Source of the DNA: Felis catus
Lineage: Eukaryota
Direction: 5' to 3'
Length of the DNA: 64,000 bases
NCBI RefSeq assembly: GCF_018350175.1
Contig: NC_058368.1
Location: forward strand, 159,528,001-159,592,000
Position 1 is the stretch's first letter. Each line of letters starts with the position of its first letter. The translations under genes were made by a program, and so were the position numbers. Below are positions 38,651-52,620 of this stretch, in pieces. The notes below the pieces were generated by a model, which saw only the letters and a list, made by a program, of their open reading frames with translations, had not been told where the DNA came from and made no database searches.

Positions 38651-39130
38651 GGTAAAAAAAAAGAGAAAGAGAAAAATCAGTGCTCAGAATTCCTATTCCT
38701 GATTACATGAGCTTTGTGTGTAAGTAACTTCTCCATAGTAATTTGACAATATTTCAGGATGGAGTCATTTTGCAGTGTTTATTAGGAAATTCTAATGAGT
38801 GCTGAGCTAAAGTAGAACTCTTAAGAAATGGCACATGACAACTGGGTGAATATTAAATTAATTTATTGCCATAACACTGAAGAGCAAAATATCAAATATA
38901 TCCAAAATAATTGGCTGTTTAAAATCACATTTATAAAACAGTCTGTGATTAAACTATAAACTGCTTGTTGGTTTAACAATAGAAAAATAGGATAGTTTTA
39001 TACTGAAAAGGTTTTAAAAAATATTTCTACCAAAAAAAGGACTTTTACTGAAATTATTTGTGAAAGACCTTGCATAAAGCCATGCCACAAAGAAAGTCAT
39101 CAACTTCATACTTCAACATTTATGCTTTCT

Positions 39131-39613
39131 TGTGGTAACCTAAATAATACCCACCACCACAGATGTCACTTCCTAATCCCTGAAATCTGTGAATGTTACG
39201 TTACATGGCATGAAGGATTTTGCACATATGACCAAATTAAGGGTCTTGAGATGGGGAGATTATTCTGGATTATCTGAATGGGGCCAATGTAATAATAATA
39301 AGGGTTTGCTTAAGAGGGACCTGGGAGTTGTCAGAGTAAGTCAGACAGTAATGTCAAAACAGAAACAAGGAACTTCTAGAAAGAGATTTGAAGATGCTAT
39401 ATCACTGGCTTAGAGGACAGAGAAAAGTGGCCACAAGCCAAAGAATTCAGGCAGTTTCTAGAAGCTTGAAAAGTCAAGAAAATGGCTTCTCCCATAGAAC
39501 TTCTAGAAGGAATCAGTCCTGCTGATACTTTGACTTAGTATAGTGAAGTTGATTTTGAACTTCTGGCCTCCAACATTTATAGTAATTCATTACAGCTGTG
39601 ATAGGAAACACAT
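39131..39613 (+). mobile_element. MaLR LTR (MLT1D/C-like)
   Basis: tgtggta...cctaatccctgaaatctgtgaatgttacgttacatggc...gagatggggagattattctggattatc...ttacagctgtgataggaaac. Confidence 0.88.
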
Positions 39614-41512
39614 ATATTTCTGGAAGAAATAGAGTTCTGAAAGAAACAAGTGTTTCATGATGGATTGAACATCTGGAAGGTTTGTCAATAAATGTGCACC
39701 CCAGTTCTCCAAATACATAGAAGGACACTGCTTCTAAATGATTAAAGGCCTAGGCTGGGAAGAGCTTCCTTGTAAAGCAACTTGTCCCTCTTTCAGATGG
39801 AGGTGCACCCTGCAGAAAGCCCAAGCGTCAGCCATAACACAGATCCTTTATCAAGGGACAAAATGTGAGAGACCCTTGCAGCAACCCGTTCTGGGCTCCC
39901 CAGTGGGTGAGAAACTGAAGAGCATAGTCACTGTTGTATATATAGCAATCCATGGATTTTGGCAGATTACACAGGAACTCTATCCCTGGAGATAATTAGG
40001 GTTATATTCACCCATGCCATCTCCACAATAGGTATAAATTAAGGAGTAAAAAACATATCCATGTCTTTCATGGCCCAGGTTATTCACGCCATTACCTCCC
40101 TAAGCTATTCATTATATACTGAATTGACCATGAAATGAAATTTCAAGCAAGGTTCTTGGAATTTATATTAAAGAGAGTAACTTGAAATGTGAAAGTGTTT
40201 ATTTTACAAAATATGTGTACTTCCCCCCAAAAATTCATACAACCTCAAAGAATTAGAACTATATGTAAGACGAAATTTAAACACATTCCTAGCTACTGTG
40301 GGCTAAATTGTTTTATTTAGAGATAAATACATTTTAGTATGACATTTAAGAATCAACTTCATCATGGAAGATGAATGGTGGATAGATCCCCTTCTTACAA
40401 AACAAAGAGAGGTCTGCAAGGGCACTTCCTAAAATTTCCAGAATTAAAGTATGTTGCAGCCTTGGGGGTGAAGATAACTGTTAAGGAGTGAGGTTAGCAG
40501 ACAGAGGGCATTTCAGTTTATAACTGGGTTTCAGTGGCTTGGTTCTGACAGGCCAAACTTAGGAAAAGAGTGAGGGCTCAGTGGGTGAAAAAGAGCCTAG
40601 AAGCCTAACATGGAGATTTATGTATCTGCCCCTTCTTCTAGCCAACACCTCAGAGGTGGTGGGGGGAGGGATTGTTGTGCCTATTCTGGGTCAGGGCAGG
40701 CACTTCAAGTGTATGTGCCCAGCATAAACACCACTATGTAAGCTGAAGAAAATTACTGTGATTTAAGTGCTCAACAGAATCTGACAGAGCCTTGTTCTGA
40801 GTCTCACAGCACACCATCCCTTAGTCCTTGGGGGTAAGAAGAAGCCCTCAGCAACTCCACAGAATACCTTCTTGATAAACCATGATAAATTCAGGCCACT
40901 GCTGATAGCACCTAGCTTCAGAAGGACTTGTGTCCCCCTTCAACTGCCCTCAAAACTGGACTCACAGGATATGATGCCTATCCATCAGAGTTTTGCACAT
41001 TTTCCCTGATCCTCATTGTCCCTTTACTAAAGATCCATGATATTGTCATCACCTGAGGGACCCACAAGCTGTACTTCTTCTCTGAGCATTGCCAGCAGCA
41101 CTGCCTACAGACCCTAAAGGATGCCATCCCCAGAAAAGAAACAAGTAATTCTGAATTTAAAAGCTCCAAATACTCAAGGATGTCCAGTGGCTCCTGGGTT
41201 TTTCTTAAGTGAGCACTTTAGGTGCTCAATTTCCCATATCACTAGGAGTCTTTAAAAAGGAAAAAAGATTTATTAGATATTTACAACCAAGCAAAATATT
41301 CCAGCATTTGTCACCTCTGTCTGTTTCACCTTATTTGTAGTCTGCTCTGATCCAACCCAGAACATCAAAGATAAAACTAATTGCCCCAACATCAGAGTGG
41401 AGGCCATCCTACCACTACTTCGCACCTGCATCTTCAGTATCTTGGTCTCAGCCATGGACACCTGCCTCATGAGGAAGCAAGAGTTTCTGGTCATTAAAGA
41501 CATTGCAGTCAG

Positions 41513-41655
41513 GGGGCACCTGGGAAGCTCAGGGGGTTTGGCTCAGGTCATGATCTGGTGGTTCGTGGGTTTGAGTCCTGCCTGGGGTTTTATGCTGACA
41601 GCTCAGAGCCTGAAGCCTCTCTCTCTGTGTCTCCCTCTCTCTGTGCCCCTCCCCT

Positions 41656-41708
<53 letters not shown>

Positions 41709-41740
41709 AATAAATAAATATTTAAGAAATTTTAAAAAAG
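41513..41740 (+). mobile_element. Can-SINE, SINEC_Fc-like, with long (CT)n
   Basis: ggggcacctggg head, gctgacagctcagagcctg core, (CT)n tract and A tail. Confidence 0.93.
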
Positions 41741-42453
41741 ATAGGAGACATGGAGGTCAGGTGATATTACATGATAAACAATCTTATCACTGCAGCTTTG
41801 ACTGTTGAGGCAAAAGAAAACACAGTGAGTCTCTGTTGGGTAAGGTGGAAATATTTTTTTAATGCTTCAACAATTAAATAATTTATGGGTCAGACTGCAT
41901 AACCACCTAGGAAAAGCTTAGTTTTGCAAAAGGCAAAAAAACAAAGAGTAGTAGAGATTGTGCTACATTCCCTATCTTCTCAATATAATATTTACTAAAT
42001 ACTATGGCTGCCTGCCAGCCTGGCCAAGGACTGACATGAAGGCAAAAGGGATAATAAAGCTTCTTGCTGTTACCGCTTGTTCCCAGGACATAAACATAAC
42101 CAACTCTGGCAGAGATTTCCCTTTCCTCCATGACTTGCTATTATCTGGGTGGTGGTGGACCACTTGTTGACATGTTGCCTTCATCCTATACGTTGTCTTC
42201 TGTTCTAGCCACCACTACACTGTTCACCAAGGAAATCTCCTTCCATGTGCCATACAGACAACTGAGCTAACACTATGGCTCTTAGTTTAAGACTTATTCT
42301 GAAAAGTATTGTTCAGATTCTTCAGCTTTTATATTCTCCTGTTTGCCAACCTTTAAATACAAACATATAGACACATAGTGTTTATTAACCCAACCATGTT
42401 ATAGAAAGCACACCCAATCAAACTGACCCCACAATCAGGGGGAAAATATATGA

Positions 42454-42632
42454 GCAGGGCTATCTACATTATTGCAAAGTCCAATGCAAATTAAAATGTG
42501 GGGCCACTTGTGAATAAAATATTAATAATTTCAAAAGAGTAGCAGCACAGCATTAAGCAAACATGGAGCCTTCTAAGCATGGAGTCCTATGTGCAGCTGT
42601 GTAGGTTGCACATACACATGAAGCCAGCTCTG
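42454..42632 (-). mobile_element. hAT-Tip100 MITE (MER91A-like)
   Basis: Terminal cagggct.../...agctctg inverted ends; the minus strand cagagctggcttcatgtgtatgtgcaacct matches the recalled MER91 start. Confidence 0.7.
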
Positions 42633-42819
42633 ACTATGAGGAATCATTTTCTACTTCCCAAATTACTGCTTTTCACTAAGGAGTCACCAGAATATGTCAG
42701 GGCTTTCTACTCAACAATCCATGAGAAGCCTTAGCTTACCTCAACTGGAGAAGAGAGATTATAGATTATGAGACTGGAATCTGAGCCTGACCCAGCACTA
42801 CTACACCTGGGCTGCAGAT

Positions 42820-42821
<2 letters not shown>

Positions 42822-42884
<63 letters not shown>

Positions 42885-42959
42885 TATATATATCTTATAT
42901 ATCTCATATATATCTTATATATATATCTTATATATCTTATATATATATCATATATATAT

Positions 42960-43006
<47 letters not shown>
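42822..43006. repeat. ~185 bp (TA)n array with periodic TCTTA/TCA interruptions
   Basis: Directly visible. Confidence 0.97.
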
Positions 43007-43008
<2 letters not shown>

Positions 43009-43421
43009 AAGTTCCAGACACCTCCCATCTATTCTCAGCTTGCTTATGCTTGTTCTAGTCTTTGTAGTTTTTGCCTTTCTGGCTCCATAACCCACCTTTG
43101 ATATCTGAATCTGGCATCCTCTCTTTGGTAACCATCCAGATGCCACTTTCTGACTTCTTAGACTCTAGCTTCTGGCACTGGTTTCAGCTCTGCTGGCTCC
43201 TCAGATTTTAATATCCTGTATTTCACATAAGAGATTGTCTGTTCCCTCCCCTAGTTCTATGTAATCTCACTGGCCAGACCAGTCCTTTTCCTCTATTAGC
43301 TAGGGAAAAAATATATATGCAGAAGGTTCCATATGTAGCCTTGACCTGGTAGTTAATTTCATTCAAGAGTTGATAAGAAACCATTACCATGTTCTTTCTT
43401 TTTACCTCCTTCTTGGCATTC

Positions 43422-43635
43422 TTTATTTATTTATGTATTTGTATATGTGTGTATGTATTTTCATTTTAGAGAGTGTGCACAAGGCAGGGAGAGGGGCAGA
43501 GAGAGAGGGAATCTTAAGCCGACTCCATGCTCAGCATGGAGCCCAATACGGGGCTCAGTCCCACAACCCTGGAATCATGACCCAAGCCAAAATCAATAGT
43601 CCAGCACTCAACTGACTGATCCATCTAAGCGCCCC
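43422..43635 (-). mobile_element. Can-SINE (older subfamily)
   Basis: ...actcaactgactgatccatctaagcgcccc end; diverged TSD ttggcattcttt / ttgaaattcttt. Confidence 0.9.
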
Positions 43636-43649
43636 TTGAAATTCTTTTT

Positions 43650-44835
43650 TTTTTACCTTCTATGACACTATACTCTTCTTGTCTTCCTTCTACCTCACTA
43701 AAGTACCTTCTCTTTTTTTCTTTTCAGTTAGTCCTTCTACTAATTGGCTTTGCATCTCTACCAGCACAACTATCATCTCCTTACCTTACTTTGCCATAAA
43801 TATTGGAATGGTCCAATGGTCATTCCTCAGCTCTTTTCTATGTCTTCTGATTACATACCTTTATTAATTAATGACCTCCAAATTTTTATCTTCATCTCTG
43901 ACTTCATCCCATATTCCAGATTTATATATTTCACTGCCTTCTTCATGTATTCATGTTTTTCCTATCCCTTGGCACATATAAATATATTCCCTGACTCTAA
44001 AAAAGACTGTTATTCCTCCAATCTCAATAAGTCTCAACAAGGGGCACCATCAAATTTTTCAAGCCAGAAACAAAGCATTTGTCATGTATTCTTGTCTCCT
44101 TTATCTATTGAATCCAGTCTGTAAGGCCTACTGGTTGTACTTCCTAGTATATCTTTTATCAATACAGTTCTCACCAAAGCCTCTGTCATTATCTGCCTTA
44201 TTTGAGCCCCATCAATTCTTTTCTGAACCATAGCAATCACCTTTGAAATACCTTCTGATACTTTTTCCCACTAAAATCTCTTCAAATAAGACCAGGATAA
44301 TCTTTTAAAAAGTAAATTAGATAATGTAATTGCTCTACTTAGAACTTTCTAGTGGCCTCTGACTGCATTTAGAATGAAATCCAAATGCTTTACAATTGTT
44401 ACACTTTCCTCTCCTACCTTAAGTCGTAATACTTTCCCCTTCAAGCAATTCGCTCAATAATGCTACATAGCTCTCTTCTCAGTCACACCACAGGGACTTT
44501 GAACTTGCTTTGCCTCATTACTGAAATATTCTCCCTTGAACTTCACATAGTTGACATCTTCTCATTATCACCTCTGAAAAGTATTTTCTGTCCACCCTTT
44601 CAAATGTTGCCTGTCCTACTTTCTCATTTCTCTGTATCACTTCCCCCACCTCTTATTTCCTTTTTTCCTCTTTCCTGTTTTTTCCTTTCTTTTTTTCTTT
44701 GTTTATTTCTCTTTTTTTGTATATATGTTTTATTTTTTTATTAGGGCAGAGGCATTTTTTTACCTTGCCCAGCAATGTGAGCATTTAGAAGAATTAGCAC
44801 ATAGTATATACTCAATAAATGTTTTCTGAACAAAC
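43650..44835 (+). mobile_element. L2 LINE 3' region
   Basis: Pyrimidine-rich L2 motifs (ttagaatgaaatccaaatgctt...; tagcacatagtatatactcaataaatgttttctgaa). Confidence 0.8.
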
Positions 44836-44889
44836 AAGTCCATAAAGTTATGAGGGATACTGTAATACAATAATATGTGCGTCGTTTTA

Positions 44890-45095
44890 CACAAACCCAT
44901 GGGACAAATCTGGCCACTGCCTATTTTGATAGATAAAATGTCATTGAAACAACCATATTCACTTGTTTACAAATTGTCTATGGTGGCTTTTGCACTACAA
45001 CCACAGAGCTGAGCAGACGCAACTAAGACCAAAAATCTTGAAAAACTGAAAATATTTTTAATCTGGCTCTTTCCAGAAGGTTTTCTGACCCCTGC
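44890..45095 (+). mobile_element. hAT-Charlie MITE (MER58A-like)
   Basis: caaatctggccactgcctatttt...attgtctatggtggcttttgcactacaa...ttttctgacccctg. Confidence 0.8.
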
Positions 45096-45459
45096 AATAA
45101 TATATACCAGGTCAAGTTGCCATTCAAATAAAAAGAAATGGACATCTACCAAGGAAACTAAAGCCATGTGCCCTTTCTGGAGATGCTGGGACACTACTTG
45201 AGAAAAAATTCAGCTAAGCAAAGTATGATGCAAAATAGAAGATTCCAGAACTGGAGAAGCTAAAGCAAAAGTTTTTGTGGGTGATTTGAATCTACTTAAA
45301 TATTAGACTATAAGACTAAAAACCATAGCAATTTTTATTGACAGAATGCAAAATTTAGTAAGTGAAACAAACCTTACTAGCATGACCAACAATAACCAAG
45401 GAAGAAAACAGGATTAAATCTAAACATAGTACTCTCCTCGGTAATCATCACAGCAAGTT

Positions 45460-46641
45460 GACAAGGGTTCCATTTTTCAATGGAAAAAAGGTAGTCCTAT
45501 TCAACAAATGGTGCTGTGTAACTGAATATTCACATGCAAAAGAATAAAGTTGGAGCCCTTCCTCACAAGATACATAAAAATAATTCAACATTTTCATGTA
45601 ACTGGAATCATACACTATATGCATTGTGTATTTGGCTTCTTTGACTTAACAAAATGTTTTCAAGGTTCATCCATATTGCATAATGTATAGGTATATTTCT
45701 TTTCATTGCCAAATAATATTCCATTCTATGGCTATACCATAATTTTATCCATTGTTTTTGTTTATCCGTTTACCAGATGAAAGTACAAAGACCTTTTTAC
45801 TATAAGAGCTTAAGCTATAGAACTACTAGAAGAAAATAGAGATATCTAAATCTTTATGACCTTGGCTTAGGCAATAACTTAATAGATAAAACACGAATAG
45901 CACAAGCAAAGAAAAAATAGATAAATTAGCCTTCATCAAAATTAAAAAAGAAAAATCTTTTGCGTTTCAAGGACTTATCAAGAAAATGGAAAGACAACCC
46001 ACAGAATGAGAGAAAATATTTGCAAATAATATATCTGATAATTGTCTAGGACACAGGATATATAAAGAACTCTTAAAACTCAACAATAAAAAAACAAATA
46101 ATCCACTTTTTAAATGAGCAAAGAATTTAAATAGACATTTTTTTGGAAGATATACATATGACCAATAAAGCCATGAAAAGATGCTCAACATCATTAGCTA
46201 TTAAAGAAATGCAAATCAAAACCACAATGACATATTACTTCACACATACTAGGATGGCTATAATAATGTAGGCAGATAATAGCTAGTGTTGACAAGAAAT
46301 GGCAAAATTAGGGCCCTTATACACTGTTTATGGGAATGTGAAATAGTTCACCTGCTTTGGAAAACAATTTGACATTCCTCAAAAAGTTAAACATAGAGTT
46401 ATCATGTGACCCAGAAATTCCAGTATGTGGAAACAACCCAAATGCCCATCATTTGATGAATGGATAACCAAAAACAATGGATAAAATTGTGGTATATCCA
46501 TAGAGTGGAACGTTATTTGGCAATGAAGAGAAATAAAGTACCTACACATTATACAACGTGGATTAACCTTGAAAATATTTTGTTAAGTCAAAGAAGCCAG
46601 GTACACAATGAATATATTGTATAATTCCACTTACGTGAAAA
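45460..46641 (+). mobile_element. L1 (L1MB-like) 3' ORF2/UTR fragment with an internal inverted copy at 45591-45780
   Basis: ttcaacaaatggtgctg, gaaaagatgctcaacatcattag and gaaatgcaaatcaaaaccacaatg L1 motifs. Confidence 0.9.
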
Positions 46642-46689
46642 ATACTTGGTTGAGCTTGTGGTAGTCTATAAAACTGAACTAAGTAACAC

Positions 46690-47870
46690 CATTTAATTTG
46701 GCTGTCAGAAAATGGATGAGTCCTGAAAAATTATATGGTGATATAATAGAGACCACCATCCCTATAGTCTTTAAATACGTAACTGAAGCACTAATCTCCA
46801 CCAGTATGTGGCAATCTTTTTAAATTTAATATCTTGCCCAGGGGGCAGGACAGAACAGTTTCAGAGGTTTCCACTTAGCATTGTCCTTCTTTGCTATGGT
46901 AACTCTTATTGATCAATAATTCAGTGTATGTGTTAACTGCCAAGAATATCAATTCTTATTATACTCTCAGAGACTGGGAAAATAATAACCAGATGGTTCC
47001 ACCCATAGACCCAACAGCCACTGTAAGCTTGACTTTAGTCAGGACTCCATCTACTACTTGGCCTTCTTCTACTTCCTTCTTTCACAAAGGAAATGTAAAA
47101 AGCCTTGAGTCTCCTAGTATAGATATTAATTCAAATTCTGTGTGCACGAGTTCTTATAATGTCTGGGTATTCCCCTTTCTCCAATAAAGTAAGTGACTTT
47201 GAGCCCTTTTGGAGATGAACGGGGGGTGTCATTATAGTATATACTTGCTGTGGTGTAGCAGGTCCCTCTTCTTCTGTTAATAGATTCTGTATGTGAAAAT
47301 CAGCTCAGGTCCAGAAACCCAACAAAGAATTATGACTGTTTATTGAAGAGACTGTCCTCAACTCCCTGTTTTTCCATTCTGACCATCTTCTGGTTAGAGA
47401 TATTGAGCAGCACTCTTGCTGGCTGCCCATATATTTTGCTTATATTGATACCATCCTCTATCAACCATGTCTACAAATCTTCTTGACTGCCCCCCTAGTC
47501 TTTCTGGTTGTTACAGTAATTGTGACCTCCTGGTTTCTGGATTTAAGCAGTGCCCCCTGGTGTCTTTTACTTTGGTGCCTTATAATCCACTTGGATGTTA
47601 AAATGCCCAGGTCTGTGAGCCCTTCTCCTAGTACAAGTTCTGGCCTAAAGAGAAGATTCACCCCTGGATTTTTCAGTGATGCTGGTACCCTTCTCACCAG
47701 CACATTCCTCATGGCATTAGTGATGGGACTTAGTCATCAGAGTGGTCTTCTGGCTTTACACAAAATATCCATTCTACAATATCTGTCTCCCTGGGATCTT
47801 ATTCCTTTCTCTACCAACTACCAGAGAAATTCAGGAAAGTCATCTTGCCACATGATCTCCTGAATATGTA
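46690..47870 (-). mobile_element. ERVL-MaLR internal (MLT1-int-like) remnant
   Basis: Minus-strand ORF 47461-47712 (MRNVLVRRVPASLK...) resembles MaLR gag-like sequence and lies next to MLT1-type LTR sequence. Confidence 0.6.
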
Positions 47871-47879
47871 CTATTTTCA

Positions 47880-48710
47880 TCAGTTCATGTCCTTCCAGTC
47901 AAGCATCAAGAGAGGATTAGACATTCAAGAGATTCACTGTGGTGTCTCTGAAGGATAAAAGTGAGCATAGGAGTGGACAATAAGAAGATTCAGACCAGTG
48001 TATAGGTTTGACACTTGTGAAAAGAGAAAAGGAATGGACAAGTCTCTGAATGCAGTGTAGTTCTAAGAGAATCCTGGGCAGGCCAATGGGCAGACCCAAA
48101 GTACAAACTCTTCTTGAAGAAACCTAACATCGTGTATAGATAGTCTGGTTCCTATGTCCCCACCAAGCTCAGTCATTGGTTCATAGCAGTTTGGGGAAAG
48201 CATTACCTATGATGGTTAAGTCAAAGATATAACAGCTGAGACTGTCAACCAACTTGCTCCCTTTATTGGGTTCTTTAAGAGATGTGAATAGCCTGCTTCC
48301 ATGACTGCCATAGGGTGAATATTAATACTTTGACTTGATTAAAGAGTGAGGATAGGATACTGCTATTTTCCTACCAAATCCACTTTACCTCCTTATCCCT
48401 GGCACTACATTATCCTACCTCGCTGAAGTGAGTGGAGTATGTGACTCAGCTCTCGTGATAGAATGTGTACTTTCTCTATGCCTAAGCCATTAAGTTTCCA
48501 AGCAGTTCTCCACTCTCTATTTCTGAGGCAAACTTGAAGTTATGTGTTGAAGAAGAGCCACAAGATGGAGGGAGAGTCTGGGCCTCTGAATAACCACTTT
48601 GAAGAGAGAGGCCAGACTGCAATGGACTATGTGATGTGAGCAAGCAACAAATCTCAACTGAATTAAGATTCTGACATTTGAGTTTCTTATTTCAATAATT
48701 AGCCTATATT
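47880..48710. mobile_element. MaLR LTR fragments (two, MLT1-type)
   Basis: caggccaatgggcag, gctcagtcattgg, agagccacaagatggaggg and gactatgtgatgtgagcaag motifs. Confidence 0.6.
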
Positions 48711-49679
48711 TTTTGTTGCCAGAGTCAGTTTACTTTCTTCATAGAAACATTTAAAAATAAGCAATATTTTAAAGTTCTGTTTTGATTACACAGCTAGAAT
48801 CATCATGCAAGAGTGTGTGTTGGAATGACTGAATGAAGAGGCAATGGAATACAGAAACTGAGTGACGTCTTATTCTTATCCACCTTATCTTTTAAATAAT
48901 AATATTCTGTAAGGCATAGCTGAACTCTACTAAGTAAACATGTAGAGCTCTAAATAACTAATATAATACACACTTTTAAATTTCTTATACAAATTATTTT
49001 GTATTAACTTGCCAAAGTATTGCTCACTCCTGTTCTCTAGACATGTTTTCCCAAATGATGACTACAGTTTCTAAATGACTTGCAGGTTATCATCATTCAA
49101 ATTGTCTCTGAACCAAAATAGCATTGTTTTCCCTCCAAAATAGCATTTCTTGTTTTCTGTAATGATGTTTTAGTGAAATAAGTCTTTACATGGTCCCTCC
49201 ACAATGACTGGTAAAAATTGTGTGCAATGTTGCAGGACTGTGAGAATAGTTCTCGGAATCTTTCTGAGCTCAGTAAAACAGATACAATCAACTTCATCTC
49301 CAAGGTGTGCAATGGTTAAGTTATTTTATATGGTGTTGAATCTAGAAGCAAGGGCCAAATCACATGTGAAGACGTGAAATGAGTTGTAATCATCCGAAAT
49401 CTATTGTACTTCACCTACTCATGAAACCAGGATCATAACACTCTATAAGTTGTCAGAATGATTGTGTTCAGCATGTTATAAAAGGCACAAGATCTGTTAT
49501 TTAATTCCATGTTTTAAAAATCCTAGATTCCTCTTACCTATCATCCTAAAGACATAAAATATCTGTTAATTCTAGTAATGTTTCAGTGGTTCCACTTTTA
49601 GTAATTTCCTCCAGTAATTATACCTAGATTGACTAATTACTCTGTGTTAAGTTTTCCTTATTTCTTTAATGTAGTGTTT

Positions 49680-50110
49680 ATATTTATAGGCACCTAAGAA
49701 ATATCAGATGCTTTGCAAACACTGGAAAATCCCAAAGTAAGACAGTGACACTGGACAGAGAGGCAATTTTAAATATGTGTTCCATGGACAGACTCTCTGA
49801 AGGAAGCATTTAAGTTACAGACTGAGGCAACCACCTGACATCAAGGAGACTGCATCCCCTGGAGAAGACGAGGGGCAGCTGGTGCAAGGTCTCTAGAGCA
49901 GAAACAAACTTGGACAGTTTGAGTACGAAAGGAAAGGCTAGCATGGCTGGAGAGCATATATACAAAGGAAATGGGAGCTAATGACATAGAAGAAGGACTT
50001 TTATATTGTGTTTATATTTTTAGATAGGTTTGAGACTTTTATATAGTTTGAATTTTATTCTAGATAACCCAAGAAGCCATTAAAGAGTTTTTAAGCAGAA
50101 AAGTAATATA
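49680..50110 (-). mobile_element. L2 fragment
   Basis: gaattttattctagataacccaagaagccattaaagagtttttaagcag reverse L2 motif. Confidence 0.6.
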
Positions 50111-50989
50111 AAACAAATTATATTTCCAATGCAAAGGAATATTTTGTGAGGGTTCTTAAACATGGGAAGATTTTTGGATACTCACTGGCACTACCAAAAA
50201 CAATATACTAACAAAATCTTTAGAAGATAAGGGTATAACTTTTGACCTAACACAGTACTTATTCATTCAGACATGACTAGAAGAAGTAATAATAGTCTAT
50301 AAATTTTGACAATATCGAAACTATAACCAATGTATAATGAGCTCCCATTTTCCATGTAAGAGATTCAGACTACTTTCGATAAAAGAACTTACTCAAGATC
50401 ATAGGACAAGTACAGAGGACAAAAACCCATGTGTTTCACCCCTCTTTTTGGTCTAACCTCAAAAGTAAACCCCACCGTGCTTCCTAAGAATTAAGAATGT
50501 CAATTGTTAAAAGAAGGAGGAGCAGGAGAAAAAATGTTCATTAATTTAACGAAGATGGAAGTTAAAACTACATTTGTCTTTGTCTTAATTGAAGTCACTT
50601 TAAAACACTACCAAAAATTTATCTAGCTATCTTCATTTCTTTATTTTCCATTGTTTCTCCATTTATCTTTTTCCAAATTTGATATAAGATGTTTTAACAG
50701 AAACATTATATAATATTATAGGAGAAAATAGAGAAGGAAAAAAAGGAAATGTGCAAAGAAGGATAGAAAATTATCTAAAGATAGGAAAAGGCAGCAAATT
50801 GTAAAAGGGGCCGAGTTTTATCTTATTTGCTGGCTAATTATTTTTGAAGAATCTTTGGGATTATGCAAACAAAGCACTTAGAGATGAATGGAAAATGTTC
50901 CTCTGACTATCCTGGATATAGAACCAAGAGGTAGATATAATTACCATAGTGTAAAGCATCACAATCTCAGTGACATAGATATATATCAA

Positions 50990-52620
50990 GTTTAACATGG
51001 CAGATTGACTACAGATATTTATCTTCACCACCACCCACACCAACAACTGTAAAATGACAGTAAATAAATTTTAGAAAGAAAGTGGACAAACCAATGGAAA
51101 ACATACTGGACAAGAAATTGCAACAAAGTTTTGAAGGACAGGAGAAGGTCAGGAAACTGACACCAATGTGAGAAATCTTCAGAAGTACCATTGAGAATAA
51201 ACTGGTTTAAACCATTGTCTCAAATACACTGAGAATGGATAAGAGTTGGGGCTGAAGACAGCCATCAAAAACCTGAATAAAACATGTTTGGACTTCTACT
51301 TTTTCCTCCACCCCTAGTGGACTATTTATGCTCGGCACTACCATCTTTCTCCCCAAAGTGTAGAGTTTCAGCAGAGGGTGGGAGGCAGGAATGAGATTTC
51401 AAGAAGAGGGAATAATTAAGGTGTAACTGAGCAGTGGGAATCTCTCACCTTCCTACCTGTGCACCAGAACCAGAATCCTCACAGCTAGACACAGCTCTGA
51501 TGCAAGAGACTAGTGGCATTACTACTGGAAAAACTGAGCAGGTCCAGATTAAAAAAAAAAACGAAAACCATAGATACATTCATTTGGGGGATACCTCAGT
51601 AAAGAAAAGCTGCCCACTTTTGATAAACACCATCCACACATTCAAAGCTAACTATATATTTCCTCACATTTAAATATGAATAGGGAGATATGAATTACCA
51701 GAGATGTGACCAAAACCTCCACATATAAGACAGAATAAGAGACGACACAAAAGTAAAAATAAAATCAAGAAAAGACCAAGACAATGTAAGAAACAAAGGA
51801 AAATGTCAGAACTTTACAATCAATATCCTGAGATAATATACGATATCCTGCCCGTTAAAAAAAGAACAGGAATTATTAAAAATATGAAAACATCAGAGAA
51901 CAAGAAAGAGCTTTAAAAGTTTTTTATAGTGTATCTAAAATTTAAAAATTGATTTCTGAAATCAAGGACATTTTGGAAAAAGTCAAACAAGAACTCAAAT
52001 ATGTGAAAATAATGAAAGAAAGGATAAGCAAATAAGAGGTCCAGTTTAAGAGGTTCAATATCCAAACAATGAGATTGCTGAAATAGAAAACAAACGAAAA
52101 TGGGAGAATTTATTTTCCCTAACATAATATAAGCACAGATAAGAAAATTTTCTAAAACATAAAGACATTAGACTTCAGATTGAAAGGGCTCCCTGAGTGT
52201 TATCACAGTGAATTAAGAAAGCCTCCTAATTAAAAGATATCACTATGAAATTTTGACACCAAAATTGGGAAAAGAATTTAAGAGCATATACACACACAGC
52301 AGTCTCATACAAAGGATTTAGAAATCAGAATGGCACTGAATTTGAACTACAAAGCTTGAAGTTAAAAGATAATGGAGTAATGTATTCTAAAATTAAAAGG
52401 AAAATTATTTTCAACTTAGAATTTAACCAAAAGATCCAGGAGAGTATAGAATGAAGGTATTTTCTGACATGTAAAATATTCACACTGTTAACAATTAAAA
52501 ATCCTTCTAGGAAGTACACTGTAGAAAGGGTACAATCCAAAAGGAAAGCTATGCAATTACAAAAAAGAATATCCAACACACAATCATGAGGAAAACAATG
52601 AATATTGAAAACAAAACTTC
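50990..52620 (+). mobile_element. Old L1/HAL1-like 5' and ORF1 remnant
   Basis: ORF1-like motifs cttcagattgaaagggctc, aatcagaatggcactgaattt and aattattttcaacttagaatt. Confidence 0.6.
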
